64,000 bases of DNA, from NCBI GenBank assembly GCA_045862955.1, contig BTVI01000020.1, positions 1 through 64,000 on the forward strand, written 5' to 3'. Source of the DNA: Fimbriimonadales bacterium. GTDB lineage: Bacteria; Armatimonadota; Fimbriimonadia; Fimbriimonadales; JABRVX01. Positions 30,666 to 41,014 of this stretch are shown piece after piece. Position 1 is the first letter of the stretch. Each line of letters opens with the position of its first letter. A program made the translations under genes and the position numbers. Under the pieces are notes generated by a model, which was not told the DNA's origin, made no database searches, and worked only from the letters and a program-made list of their open reading frames with translations.

Positions 30666-32231
30666 ATGCGACCGAGCGCCGGGTGGAGCTGGCTCGTGGC
30701 GGCTCTGCTCGTCGGCGTCCTTCTCGGCTTCACGGCGAGCCGGTGCGGGCTCTTCGACCTGGACGAAGGCTTCTACGCCTCTGCCGCTGCCGAAATGGTG
30801 CGCAGCGGCGACTACCTCACGCCGCGGTACGCCCAGAAACCTTTCTTAGAGAAGCCGCCGCTACTCTACTGGTGCATGGCCGGGTTTCTCCGTCTCGGTG
30901 TTTCCGGTGCGCTCGCGGTGCGCCTGCCCTCCGTGATGGCAGCGACGCTGCTCTTACTGCTAGTCGGCTGGGCGGCTGCGAGACGGGGAGCGGGAGTACT
31001 CGCGGTCACGGGGCTCGCCGTCACACCGATCTTCTTCGGGCTGGGCAGCCTGGCCTACACGGACGTGTTGCTTACCCTGTTCCTCACCGCTGCGCTGTTA
31101 CTCTTTTGGAGCTCGCTGACCGGCGGTCCGGCGTGGCTGCGCGGGCCGATGGCCATCTGCCTCGGGCTCGGAACGCTCACCAAAGGGCCGATCGCCCTCG
31201 TGTTATTTCTCTTGATTGCCGGCATCGCTTACTGGAAGATCCCTTCCGTGCGTCACGCCTATCGGAAGTGGTGGGTGGAAGCCGCTATCCTGTATGTGCT
31301 GGTAGCGGTGCCGTGGTATTACCTTATCTACAAGGTGCAAGGGCCCGAGTTCTTCTCGGAGTTCATTCTGAGGCAGAACCTGGGGAGATTCGGCGGGGGG
31401 GACACCGCGCATGCGGCACCGATCTACTTCTACCTACCGGTTCTGTTGGTGGGCATGTTTCCATGGTCGCTCTATCTTCCCTGGTTGGCGGTGCGCTCGC
31501 ACGGCGACCCGTTCCACAGATATTGTTGGACATGGTTCTGGGTGGTATTCGTGTTCTTCTCGTTGAGCGGAAGTAAGCTACCCAGCTACATCCTTCCGGC
31601 GTTTCCCGCCATCGCGTTGATGCTACCCATCGTGCCCTTCGAGATGACTGCCAGCCCATCGCCTTCGCGCGCATGGGGCACGCCTCTGATTGCCACCGGC
31701 GTAGTAGCACTCGCCGGTGCAGTGGCACTAATGCTGACCGCAGGAAGCCTGTCGGCAGGAATCGGCGATGCGTTGCGTCTGACCGCTCTAGCGCTGGCAG
31801 CGATGCTGATAGTTGCGACGCTACTGATGCGGCTGGTGCGCGTAGAGGTTGCTCACTGCGTAACGCCCGTGCTTATCGGTGCAGGTCTCGTACTACCATT
31901 GGCACTCGTCGGCATGCCCGCGTACTACGACGAAACGCATCGCGATGTGCACGTGTTAGCGGACCGGGTCAGGCCGCTGATCGAGAAGGGTGCGACGTAC
32001 GTACTCTACCGCGTGAGGCCGGGGCATCCGAGCGTGATGTTCTACATGCCCAAGCAGGGTGTCAGTGTCGGCAACGTGCATGCCGCCAAGCCGTACACCG
32101 GCCACGGTGAGGTGTACATCACCCTGCGCGAGCATGTCGCAGAGCTGCGGCGGCTCGGGCTGACCGAGATCGACTCGCAGGGCAAGTTCGTTGCGATGCG
32201 CTCGGCACCGGCCGAAAACGAGGAGCCCTAG
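30666..32231 (+). CDS. ArnT/GT83-like (PMT_2) membrane glycosyltransferase
   Basis: DLDEGFY, EKPPLLYW, LTKGP, SKLPSYILP; start uncertain (30603-30666). Confidence 0.88.
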   Translation: MRPSAGWSWLVAALLVGVLLGFTASRCGLFDLDEGFYASAAAEMVRSGDYLTPRYAQKPFLEKPPLLYWCMAGFLRLGVSGALAVRLPSVMAATLLLLLVGWAAARRGAGVLAVTGLAVTPIFFGLGSLAYTDVLLTLFLTAALLLFWSSLTGGPAWLRGPMAICLGLGTLTKGPIALVLFLLIAGIAYWKIPSVRHAYRKWWVEAAILYVLVAVPWYYLIYKVQGPEFFSEFILRQNLGRFGGGDTAHAAPIYFYLPVLLVGMFPWSLYLPWLAVRSHGDPFHRYCWTWFWVVFVFFSLSGSKLPSYILPAFPAIALMLPIVPFEMTASPSPSRAWGTPLIATGVVALAGAVALMLTAGSLSAGIGDALRLTALALAAMLIVATLLMRLVRVEVAHCVTPVLIGAGLVLPLALVGMPAYYDETHRDVHVLADRVRPLIEKGATYVLYRVRPGHPSVMFYMPKQGVSVGNVHAAKPYTGHGEVYITLREHVAELRRLGLTEIDSQGKFVAMRSAPAENEEP

Positions 32232-32611
32232 CGGCCGCAGTAGGCGACGCAGGATATCTGCACCATGGCCCCGTCTTGTAGCGCTGCTTGCATTACCGAC
32301 CGCGCCGGCAGAGGGGCGTCGAAGAACTCCTCGAACGCCCGATCCAGCTCGGGGAGCAGGCTCAGATCGCTCATGCACACGTCAACGCTCACGATGCGGT
32401 CTACCGAGGTACCAGCAGCCTGGAGCAGCGCTGCGATGTTCAGCAGGGCGCGCTGAGCCTCCGCATGCACCGTCCCTGCTTCGAGACGCCCCGTGCTGGG
32501 GCTGATGCCTCTCTGACCGGACACGAACACCCAATCGCCGACGCGCAAGGCGGGCGAGTAGGCTCCGGTAGCAGGCGGAGCGGCCTCGGGGGCGATGGCT
32601 TTGGTGATCAT
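32228..32611 (-). CDS. RidA/YjgF family protein
   Basis: GAYSPA, FVSGQ, PARS; start at MITKAIAP after GAGG. Confidence 0.85.
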   Translation of the reverse strand: MITKAIAPEAAPPATGAYSPALRVGDWVFVSGQRGISPSTGRLEAGTVHAEAQRALLNIAALLQAAGTSVDRIVSVDVCMSDLSLLPELDRAFEEFFDAPLPARSVMQAALQDGAMVQISCVAYCGR

Positions 32612-32722
32612 GGGCGCACCTCGTGAGCAAGCTGTCTCCACTCGGATTATCGGCTGTCCCGGTCCACTGCCCGACGGGCCGCCGGGCCGTCGGTCTTCCC
32701 GACGGCCCGGCGGAGCCTCAGT

Positions 32723-33492
32723 CTTCACATCCCTCACCTCACGCAGTTGCATAGCCTAGACCCTCAGCATGGCGCGGCAAAGGGCATGCTGTATGACCTC
32801 ACGCCTTTCCTATCTCTAACCACTTGCAAAGGATGGGTCACTAGCGACGTCATGCTGAGCCTGTCGAAGCATGAGACCGCCGACCGCACGTCCCCGCCTA
32901 GACGCCTCCATGCCCTGGTCGGCGCATGAGCCACCGTGCCCCGGCGCGGTCCTTAGGTCTGCAGTGCACGATAAGACGGTGGAGCCCGGCGGACGCGGCC
33001 CGGGGTATGCAATCCCCGTGTCGGTGCAGTTCCATGCCTAGACGTTTCGGATGCCGTCTGCCACCACGCTCTCGCCCAGCGGCTCCCCGAGCAGCCGAGC
33101 GTCGAGGCACCGAAAGCCAGGGGCTGGTGATGCCCCCCTCACCCCAACCCTCTCCCCCGCGAACGGGGGAGAGGGAGGGAGAGACTACCCCCCCGCTGCC
33201 CCGGCCCGCGTTCCATGCCTAGACGTTTCGGCTGTCGTCTGCCGCCAAGCCCTCGCCCAGCGACTCGCCGAGCAGCCGAACGTCGAGGCACCGAAAGCCA
33301 GGGGCTGGTAATGCCCCCCTCACCCCAACCCTCTCCCCCGCGAACGGGGGAGAGGGAGGGGAGATCCCATGCCTAGACGTTCCTGGCGTCAGCGGATGGT
33401 GATAGCACCCTCACCTCAGTCCTCTCCCTCTGAAGAGGGAGAGGAAGGTGATTCCCATGCCTAGACGTTTAATCCCGCGAAGGCGGGAATCG
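32723..33492. repeat. Composite REP-like cluster
   Basis: GTCATGCTGAG, CATGCCTAGACGTTTCGG, CCCTCACCCCAACCCTCTCCC and CCCGCGAAGGCGGGAATC modules; inverted relatives at 50.8-52.5 kb. Confidence 0.85.
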
Positions 33493-33528
33493 AGACGAGG
33501 GAGTTCCTCGGAACTGCGAGGACCCCAA

Positions 33529-34641
33529 TCACGACCTGGCGACGTGCGCGATGAGCGCTAGCGTGAGGTCGGCGGTGGCGTGCAAGTCGGCGACCGTGCA
33601 GAACTCGTCGTGCGTGTGGTTCTTCTGCATCCCCGTGCACACTACCACGCTCGGGAGGCCCCGTGCGTTCAGCACGTTCGCGTCGCTTCCTCCTCCCGCC
33701 TGCCGAAGAGCACCCGACAGGCCGAGCGAGCGCGCCGCGCTCTGCGCCACCTCCACCACGCGCTCTCCGGGCGTCCGCGCGTAGCCCTGGAAGGACACAT
33801 GCTCGCGAACGACTGCACGCGCGCCGCGCCTCTGGGCCGCCGCCTCGAAACGGGACCTCATGTGCGCGACCTGAGCGTCCAGCTTCGCCTCGTCCAGGCT
33901 CCGAGCCTCCGCGCTGAACTCCACGCGCGGGCACACGACGTTCGTCGCTTCGCCCCCCTTCAGCACGCCGACATTCGCCGTGGTCTCCTCGTCCAACCTG
34001 CCGAGCCTCATGCCCGCGATGGCCTCGGCCGCCACCTCGATGGCGCTGATGCCGTCCTCTGGCCGGACACCCGCGTGGGCGGCCCTGCCGATCACCTCGC
34101 CGTGCAACTCGGTAAGCCACGGGGCGCGGGTAATGAAGCTCCCTACGGGCGGTCCCGCGTCCAGCACGAAGGCCATCTCGGCACCCGTTGCTTCGACGTC
34201 CAGCGCCTTAGCGCCGAGCAGCCCCACCTCCTCGCACACTGTGAACGCAACCCAGAGCGAGCCGTGGGGCATATTCTGGCGCCTCAGCTCTCTGAGCGCG
34301 TACAGCAGGGGCGCCACGCCGGCTTTGTCGTCGGCCCCGAGGATAGCCGACCCATCGGTGCGCACGATGCCATCCTCCACGAGGATGGGCACGTCGGGGT
34401 TCGGCTCCACGGTGTCCACGTGCGCGGTGAGCAGGATGGTCGGGGCTCCCGCGGCAGTCCCCGGCACCTCGACGACGAGGTTGCCGGCGTTGCCACCCAC
34501 TGCAGAAGCCGCGTCGTCTTCAGCCGGCTGCAGGCCGAGTGCTCGCAGCTCCTCTGCCAGAAAGTCCTGCATCGCCCTCTCGTCGCGCGAGGGGGAGTCG
34601 ATGCGGCAGAGCGTGAGGAAAAGGTCGAGAAGCTCGTCCAT
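33529..34641 (-). CDS. M20 metallo-hydrolase (peptidase T-like)
   Basis: AHVDTV, GADDKAG, EEVGL, GGGSDAN, NHT. Confidence 0.88.
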   Translation of the reverse strand: MDELLDLFLTLCRIDSPSRDERAMQDFLAEELRALGLQPAEDDAASAVGGNAGNLVVEVPGTAAGAPTILLTAHVDTVEPNPDVPILVEDGIVRTDGSAILGADDKAGVAPLLYALRELRRQNMPHGSLWVAFTVCEEVGLLGAKALDVEATGAEMAFVLDAGPPVGSFITRAPWLTELHGEVIGRAAHAGVRPEDGISAIEVAAEAIAGMRLGRLDEETTANVGVLKGGEATNVVCPRVEFSAEARSLDEAKLDAQVAHMRSRFEAAAQRRGARAVVREHVSFQGYARTPGERVVEVAQSAARSLGLSGALRQAGGGSDANVLNARGLPSVVVCTGMQKNHTHDEFCTVADLHATADLTLALIAHVARS

Positions 34642-34644
34642 GAG

Positions 34645-35997
34645 TCAGGCGCCACCCATTAGCTCGCGCTCGGCTCGCTCCAGTCGCGATGCCGTTGCCT
34701 GCCTCTCGGCCTTCAGCTCTCCCAGCTCGGCTGCCGCCTCAACGCACTCGAGCTCGGACTGCTCGCGAATGATGTCGAAATCGGCGCGCAGATCGCTCAC
34801 ATGCGTCGCATTCTGGGCAGCGAGGCGGGCCGCCTCGCGGTATGCATCTCGGAAGGGCATGCCCTCGCGCAGGAGGCGATACGCCTGGTAGGTCACGTAT
34901 AGCTCCTCGGACATCGCTGCCCGCAGGCGATCTTCATCGGGCTGGATGCCCTGCACGAGCAGCTCCGCCATCTCCATCATCGCTTCCGTCTCGCGCACTC
35001 CACGGAACAGGGGCTCCTTGGTGTATTGCAGGTCGCGGTGGTAGTTGGAGGGCAGCTTTGCCGTGACCACCGCAAGCTCGAAGGCCGCGCCGCGCACGCG
35101 CGCGGCGCGGCCCCTGAGCAGCTCGGCGAGGTCGGGGTTGCGCTTCTGCGGCATGATGGACGACCCTGTGGTCAGCTCGACGGGCAACGTCAGGAACCCG
35201 AACTCGCGGGTCAGGAAGAGCGACACGTCCCACGCGAACTTCTCGAGCAGCGAAGCGATCTCGCAGGCCCAAGCGAGGAAGCGGCCCTCGTGGCGACCGC
35301 GGCTGTTCTGGACGTCCACCACGCTGCGCTGCGGCCGCGCGAAGCCGAGCAGGCGCGCGGTCATTGCTCGGTCGAGCCGCAGCGGCACGCCGAAGCCTGC
35401 CCCCGAGCCTAGCGGGCACTCGTCCAGCGCGTCGAGCAGCCGAAAGCCTTGACGCACGAGGTCCAGGCAACCCTCGACGAAAGCATGTAGCCAGAGACCG
35501 AGGGAGGAGGGCATGGCTGGCTGAAGATGGGTATAGCCCGGCATAGGGATCGTGCCTAGCTCTTCACGACGAGAGAGCAACGCCTCGGCGAGGGAGCACA
35601 AGCGGTCCTGCCACCGCAGCGCCCGATCCCGTAGATACAGTCGTACCGCGAGCAGCACCTGATCGTTGCGGGAGCGACCGGTGTGGATCTTCTTACCTGC
35701 GTCCCCGACTAGCCGCGTCAGCTCCCGCTCGATGGCGGTGTGGCAGTCCTCCTCCTCCGGCGCGATCTCGAACTCGCCCTTCGCCCACTGCTCGATGATC
35801 CCTGCCAGCGCGCTAACGAGCCTATCCGCCTCGTCCTCGTTCAGCACGCCGATGGATGCTAGCATTCGGGCGTGCGCCGCAGAGCCGCGGCAGTCGAACG
35901 GGACCAGCTCGAGGTCCAGCACCGGATCGTCGCCCACCGTTAGGTGGCGCATCCGCTCGTTTACCCTCTCGCCCTTATCCCACAGTGGTTTCGGCAT
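34645..35997 (-). CDS. argH: Argininosuccinate lyase
   Basis: HTGRSRNDQ, PGYTHLQ, GSSIMPQKRNPD. Confidence 0.95.
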   Translation of the reverse strand: MPKPLWDKGERVNERMRHLTVGDDPVLDLELVPFDCRGSAAHARMLASIGVLNEDEADRLVSALAGIIEQWAKGEFEIAPEEEDCHTAIERELTRLVGDAGKKIHTGRSRNDQVLLAVRLYLRDRALRWQDRLCSLAEALLSRREELGTIPMPGYTHLQPAMPSSLGLWLHAFVEGCLDLVRQGFRLLDALDECPLGSGAGFGVPLRLDRAMTARLLGFARPQRSVVDVQNSRGRHEGRFLAWACEIASLLEKFAWDVSLFLTREFGFLTLPVELTTGSSIMPQKRNPDLAELLRGRAARVRGAAFELAVVTAKLPSNYHRDLQYTKEPLFRGVRETEAMMEMAELLVQGIQPDEDRLRAAMSEELYVTYQAYRLLREGMPFRDAYREAARLAAQNATHVSDLRADFDIIREQSELECVEAAAELGELKAERQATASRLERAERELMGGA

Positions 35998-36005
35998 CCG
36001 GCCCT

Positions 36006-37229
36006 CTATTTCGCATGCTCCAGGATCACGTTGTGCGCCTTCAGGCGGATGGCATTGATCCGGATGAACCCTTGAGCGTCCTTCTGGTCGTATCCGCCTT
36101 CGATGTCCATGCTAGAGAGGTCCTTGTCATACAGCGAGCTCTCCGACTCCCTCCCGACCACCGTCACGTTGCCCTTGTACAGCTCCAGGTACACCGTTCC
36201 GGTGATCACCTCCTGGCTCTTGTCGAACGCCTGCCGCAGAAAGTCCATCTCCGGGGAGAACCAGTAGCCGTAGTAGATGAGCTCCGCGAAGCGTGGCATC
36301 AAGCTCTCCTTCAGCCTGTGCACCTCACGGTCCATTGCGATGCCCTCCAGGTCGGCGTGCGCGGTCCACAGAATGGTGCCGCCCGGCGTCTCGTACACGC
36401 CACGGCTCTTGATGCCGACGTAGCGGTTCTCGACGATGTCCACGCGTCCGATTCCGTTTGCGCCGCCTAGCTCGTTGAGGTAGAGGAACAGCGCGAGCGG
36501 ATCGGTCTCCACGCGCCCATCGTCTCGGTTCTCCACTTTTGTAGGCAGTCCGTCCTTGAAGCTGATGGCGATCCGCGTCGTGCGATCGGGTGCTTCCTGT
36601 GGAGAGACGGTCATGCGGAACATATCGGGCGGCGGCGGTGCGGCCGGGTCCTCTAGGATGCCGGCCTCGTAGCTGATGTGCATCAGGTTCGCGTCCATGC
36701 TATAGGGCTTCTGGTGGGTGACGGGCACCTTGATGCCGTGCTCTTTGGCGTAGTTGATGAGGTCCGTACGGCCCTGGAACTGCGCGAGGAACTCGGGGGT
36801 CTTCCACGGCGCGATCACCTGGATGGTGGGCTCCAGGGCGTAGAAGCTGAGTTCGAAGCGCACTTGGTCGTTGCCTTTGCCGGTGGCCCCGTGAGCGACG
36901 TAGCGTGCCCCCTCGCGGCGGGCGATCTCCACCTGCCGCTTCGCGATCAGCGGGCGCGCGAGTGCGGTGCCGAGCAGATATCGGCCTTCGTAGATCGCCG
37001 AGCCCTTGAGCGCGGTGAAGATGTAATCTGTGACGAACTCCCGCCGCAGGTCCTCGACGTACACCTTGGACGCTCCGACCTTCAGCGCGTTGGCGCGAAC
37101 GGTGTCCAGGTCTTCTTTCTGCCCCACGTCCGCCACGTAAGCGATCACATCGAAGCCCCGCTCCAACAGCCACTGCAGAATGACCGAGGTGTCCAGGCCA
37201 CCGCTGTAGGCGAGCACGACCTTCTCCAT
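36006..37229 (-). CDS. argG: Argininosuccinate synthase
   Basis: [34 protein letters not shown]. Confidence 0.97.
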   Translation of the reverse strand: MEKVVLAYSGGLDTSVILQWLLERGFDVIAYVADVGQKEDLDTVRANALKVGASKVYVEDLRREFVTDYIFTALKGSAIYEGRYLLGTALARPLIAKRQVEIARREGARYVAHGATGKGNDQVRFELSFYALEPTIQVIAPWKTPEFLAQFQGRTDLINYAKEHGIKVPVTHQKPYSMDANLMHISYEAGILEDPAAPPPPDMFRMTVSPQEAPDRTTRIAISFKDGLPTKVENRDDGRVETDPLALFLYLNELGGANGIGRVDIVENRYVGIKSRGVYETPGGTILWTAHADLEGIAMDREVHRLKESLMPRFAELIYYGYWFSPEMDFLRQAFDKSQEVITGTVYLELYKGNVTVVGRESESSLYDKDLSSMDIEGGYDQKDAQGFIRINAIRLKAHNVILEHAK

Positions 37230-37259
37230 CCGTTTCTCCTTCGCCGCGTTTCCGGTTTC

Positions 37260-37341
37260 TATTGCATAAAGTCCCGTTTGCGGCTTGACCTTTTGCCCAG
37301 TGATGCAGTATTATGCTCATATTCTCACCGATTATGCAATA
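37260..37341. promoter_or_regulatory. Divergent arg promoter region with ARG-box-like sites
   Basis: TATTGCATAA (37260) and TTATGCAATA (37332) inverted pair; TGCAGTATTATGCT at 37304; TTGACC-18-TATTAT. Confidence 0.55.
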
Positions 37342-37344
37342 GCG

Positions 37345-37782
37345 ATGTTCAGGACGCGAGACGAAAGAACCAAGAGACAGCAAGCCCTTCTCCGGCTCCT
37401 GCCGCGTCGGACCTTTACTCGGCAGTCGGAGGTGGCCGACGCGATGCGGCGCCTCGGCTTCTCGGTGACCCAGTCCAGCATCAGCCGCGATCTGCGCGAG
37501 TTGGGAGTCGCCAAAGTCGGCGGACGCTACGTGAGTCTGCATCGGTCGGAGGCGCGCGAACCGTCGCCGCCCGCCCTGATCCACTCCGTCGAGCCCGCAG
37601 GACCCAACCTGATCGTGGTCAAGACGCCCATCGGCGCGGCGAACATCGTGGGAGTGGACATAGACAACCGTGGCTTGGACGGGCTCGTCGGCACGGTTGC
37701 CGGCGACGATACGGTGTTTCTCGCTGTGCGAAACAAGAAAGCCCAGGACCGCGTGCTCAGCGAGCTCCAGAGGTTGATGTAA
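37345..37782 (+). CDS. argR: Arginine repressor
   Basis: VTQSSISRDLRELG, GTVAGDDTVF. Confidence 0.93.
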   Translation: MFRTRDERTKRQQALLRLLPRRTFTRQSEVADAMRRLGFSVTQSSISRDLRELGVAKVGGRYVSLHRSEAREPSPPALIHSVEPAGPNLIVVKTPIGAANIVGVDIDNRGLDGLVGTVAGDDTVFLAVRNKKAQDRVLSELQRLM

Positions 37783-37783
37783 C

Positions 37784-38839
37784 GTGATACGCCTGATTGC
37801 CGACAAGATTGCCGCAGCTACCAAGAACGTGCCCTTACGCAACGAGGTGCGCTGCCGCAAGGAGATCGTGGCCACCGAGGGCTACTTGGTAGCAGGACGC
37901 ATTCACGGCGAGAAGGCCGTGTACAACACGCTCGAGAACACCCAAGGGCGCATGGTACCCCTTCACGATGGTGACATCGTAGTAGGGGTGTTAGGTCACC
38001 GGAACGCTCTGCAGGGATATAGCGGCGAGGTACCCGCGTCCATCCGTGCGGGAGACCATCTGCATGTGCTGAACCTAGGTGGCGTGATAGGTAAGTGCAC
38101 CTCGGTCAATCCCGACGTAGGCGAGCCCTTCGTTTTCGAAGTGCTGGGCACCGTGTTAGTGTTCCCGGAGTTCGGTAGTCGCACCGGCGTGCCAGCACAC
38201 GTGGGCATGAACGCGATACGCGGCAACGGCTCGCTGGGTGCGTGCCCCGTGGTGTTCGTGGCAGGAACCTCGATGAACAGCGGCAAGACGCTGGCATCTT
38301 GTCATATCATACGTGCGCTGGCGACCGCGGGTATGAAAGTGGGAGCGTGCAAGCTGACTGGTGTCTCGCTCCTGCGCGATACGCTGCACATGCGCGACTA
38401 CGGGGCTGCCTGGGCGGTCTCGTTCATGGACGCGGGCATCGTTACCACCGATCCGACTACCGCACTCCCTACCGCGCGGACACTGATCTCGCACTTGGCG
38501 CACGAAGGGGCGGACGTGATCGTCGCCGAGCTGGGGGATGGGCTCCTCGGTCAATACGGCGTGAGAGACATCCTCGCCGACCCCGAGATCGCTGACAGGT
38601 GTAACACGCTGATCCTGTGTGCCAACGACCCGGTAGGCGCGTGGGGGGGTGTGCGGCTGCTGAGCGACGAACTGGGCCTTGCACCGCATGCCATCAGCGG
38701 TCCGACCACGGACAACGCGGTCGGGACCTCCTACATCGAGAACACGCTGGGTGTTAGGGCGATCAACGCGCGCTCCAGCGGACGACTGCTCGGGGCGCAC
38801 GTGCTAGAGCGTGTCCGCGCGATGGGTGGCAAGTCTTGA
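37784..38839 (+). CDS. DUF1611/DgcN-like P-loop protein inside the arg operon (candidate glutamate N-acyltransferase)
   Basis: AGTSMNSGKT, KLTG, FMDAG, VAELGDG motifs; starts 1 nt after the argR stop and overlaps argC by 4 nt. Function is inferred. Confidence 0.7.
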   Translation: MIRLIADKIAAATKNVPLRNEVRCRKEIVATEGYLVAGRIHGEKAVYNTLENTQGRMVPLHDGDIVVGVLGHRNALQGYSGEVPASIRAGDHLHVLNLGGVIGKCTSVNPDVGEPFVFEVLGTVLVFPEFGSRTGVPAHVGMNAIRGNGSLGACPVVFVAGTSMNSGKTLASCHIIRALATAGMKVGACKLTGVSLLRDTLHMRDYGAAWAVSFMDAGIVTTDPTTALPTARTLISHLAHEGADVIVAELGDGLLGQYGVRDILADPEIADRCNTLILCANDPVGAWGGVRLLSDELGLAPHAISGPTTDNAVGTSYIENTLGVRAINARSSGRLLGAHVLERVRAMGGKS

Positions 38840-39882
38840 AGCAGGTGGGAGTTGCCATACTAGGGGGAAGCGGATACGGCGCGGGAGAGACGTTGCGCCT
38901 GCTCACTCATCACCCGGACGCAGAGGTAGTCTGTGTGGTGTCATCGGGGTCGGCCGGACGAGAGATATCCGAGGCTCACCCTCAGCTACGAGGCTTCTAT
39001 GACGGCGCTTTCGCCGACGACGTGGATTGGGATGCGCTCTGCGCCTACCGCGATCGTGTGCTGATATCGGCGCAGCCGAACGGCGTGAGCGGTAAGCAGG
39101 TGGCAGAGTTGGCACCGATGTGTCGTGAGCGTGGCGTGCGCGTCATCGATCTGTCCGGCGACCTCCGATTGGCCGACCCCGAGACGCACCGATTGCACTA
39201 TCCCGAGTCGCCGCTGGAGCAAACGCTGCGGCAGCAAGTGGTGTACGGGCTTCCCGAGCTCGCCCGCGAGCAGGTGCGGGCGGCGCGCGTAGTAGCCAAT
39301 CCCGGCTGTCTGGCCACAGCCTGCATCTTGGCGGCAGCCCCCTTCGCTTCTGCCGTGCGTGGCAGGATCGTCTTCGATGCGAAGACCGGCTCTTCCGGCG
39401 CAGGCAAATCGCCTCGGGAAACCACCCATCATCCCGTCAGGCACTCCAACTTCTTCGCATACAAGCCCCTCACGCATCAGCACGAGCCGGAGATCGTGCA
39501 GGCTCTCACCCGCGTCGCGGGCTCGGCACCCGAGTGCGTGTTCGTACCACAGAGCATGGCGGTCAGCCGTGGCATCTACGTGACAGCGCACATGATGCTC
39601 GCGGACACACTCGGTGCTGCTTCTGCCACAGCGCGAGTGACGGACTTCTACGCCAATTCCCCATTCGTGCGCGTGTGCGATAGCCCACCAGAGCTGCAGA
39701 ACGTGGTAGGTAGCAACTTCTGCGACATCGGTGTTGCGACACGGGGCAACCACCTCGTCGTGATGGCTGCACTGGACAATCTCGTCAAGGGTATGTGCGG
39801 GACGGCGATCCAGAACCTGAATCTGATGTGTGGGCTGCCAGAGACTACCGGCCTGTGGCACCCGGGATGGAGGCCCGTCTGA
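38836..39882 (+). CDS. argC: N-acyl-gamma-glutamyl-phosphate reductase
   Basis: GGSGYGA, DLSGD, ANPGC, SSGAG, DNLVKG. Confidence 0.93.
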   Translation: MKQVGVAILGGSGYGAGETLRLLTHHPDAEVVCVVSSGSAGREISEAHPQLRGFYDGAFADDVDWDALCAYRDRVLISAQPNGVSGKQVAELAPMCRERGVRVIDLSGDLRLADPETHRLHYPESPLEQTLRQQVVYGLPELAREQVRAARVVANPGCLATACILAAAPFASAVRGRIVFDAKTGSSGAGKSPRETTHHPVRHSNFFAYKPLTHQHEPEIVQALTRVAGSAPECVFVPQSMAVSRGIYVTAHMMLADTLGAASATARVTDFYANSPFVRVCDSPPELQNVVGSNFCDIGVATRGNHLVVMAALDNLVKGMCGTAIQNLNLMCGLPETTGLWHPGWRPV

Positions 39883-39883
39883 C

Positions 39884-41014
39884 ATGAGCGCGCTGGTAGA
39901 CACCTACGAGACGCTACCTTTCACCGTGTCGCACGGCGAGGGTATGTATGTCTACGATACCGACGGCCGGCAGTATCTGGACCTATACGGCGGACACGCG
40001 GTAGCGCTGATGGGCCACTCGCCTCCCTCCGTCGCACACGCCATCGGTGAGCAAGCGAAGTCGCTGCTCTTCTACTCCAACGTGGCCCCTCTGAACGTCC
40101 GCGAGCGAGCTGCGCATACGCTCACCGGCTTCGCAGGGCCGCCATACGAGAAGGTGTTCTTCTGCAACTCTGGGGCGGAGGCGAACGAGAACGCGCTGCG
40201 TCTGGCCATCGAGAAGCTCGGTCGGCCGAAGATCGCAGCGTTGCATGGGGCCTTTCACGGTCGCACCCTGTTAGCGGCGTCCGCCACCGACCGGCCCAAG
40301 CGTGTGGACGCGCTGACATCCTGGACCGGACCGGTCCTGCGACTCACACCGAACTGCGTGGAGGAGATCGAGCAAATTGACACTAGCACTGCTGCTGTCA
40401 TCGTCGAACCGATCCTCAGCATGGCGGGGGTGGCCGTTCTGGACCACACCTATCTCCACGCTTTGGCAGAAAGGTGTCACGAGGTAGATGCTTGGCTCAT
40501 CTTCGACGAGGTGCAGACCGGAATGGGCAGGACCGGGAAGCCGTTCGCTGCGGGATCGAGCGGCGTCTACCCTCAGATGGTGACGCTAGCGAAGGGTATC
40601 GCCGCGGGAGTGCCGATGGGTGCCGTGCTGATGACGGACGAGGTGTCCGATCAAGTGAAGATGGGAGACATGGGATCCACTTTCGGGGGTGGACCGCTCG
40701 CCTGTGCAGCGATGTGCGCGACGGTCGAGACGCTCATATCCCAGGACCTGGTAACGAACGCCACCCGGATCGAGAGCTGGGTGAAGCGGCACTGCCAGAT
40801 GAAGGGAGTACGAGCGGTGCTCGGCAGGGGAGCGCTGTTGGGGTTGCAGCTGTCACTACCAGCGAAGGACGTGTACGATGCGCTGCTAACGCACGGCATC
40901 ATCACAGGCAAGAGCCGCGATCCACACGTGCTCCGACTGCTGCCCCCGCTCATCACACGAGAGCAACACGTCATCGCGCTGGCTGAGGCTTTGGGGGAGG
41001 TACTTCACGCATGA
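39884..41014 (+). CDS. argD: Acylornithine aminotransferase
   Basis: NSGAEANE, FHGRT, FDEVQTG, TLAKG, STFGG. Confidence 0.9.
   Translation: MSALVDTYETLPFTVSHGEGMYVYDTDGRQYLDLYGGHAVALMGHSPPSVAHAIGEQAKSLLFYSNVAPLNVRERAAHTLTGFAGPPYEKVFFCNSGAEANENALRLAIEKLGRPKIAALHGAFHGRTLLAASATDRPKRVDALTSWTGPVLRLTPNCVEEIEQIDTSTAAVIVEPILSMAGVAVLDHTYLHALAERCHEVDAWLIFDEVQTGMGRTGKPFAAGSSGVYPQMVTLAKGIAAGVPMGAVLMTDEVSDQVKMGDMGSTFGGGPLACAAMCATVETLISQDLVTNATRIESWVKRHCQMKGVRAVLGRGALLGLQLSLPAKDVYDALLTHGIITGKSRDPHVLRLLPPLITREQHVIALAEALGEVLHA

Noticed and set aside
33580..37875. Long overlapping ORFs (33580-34662, 36678-37787, 36700-37875)
   Set aside because: Antisense or alternate-frame shadows of the M20 gene, argG and argR.
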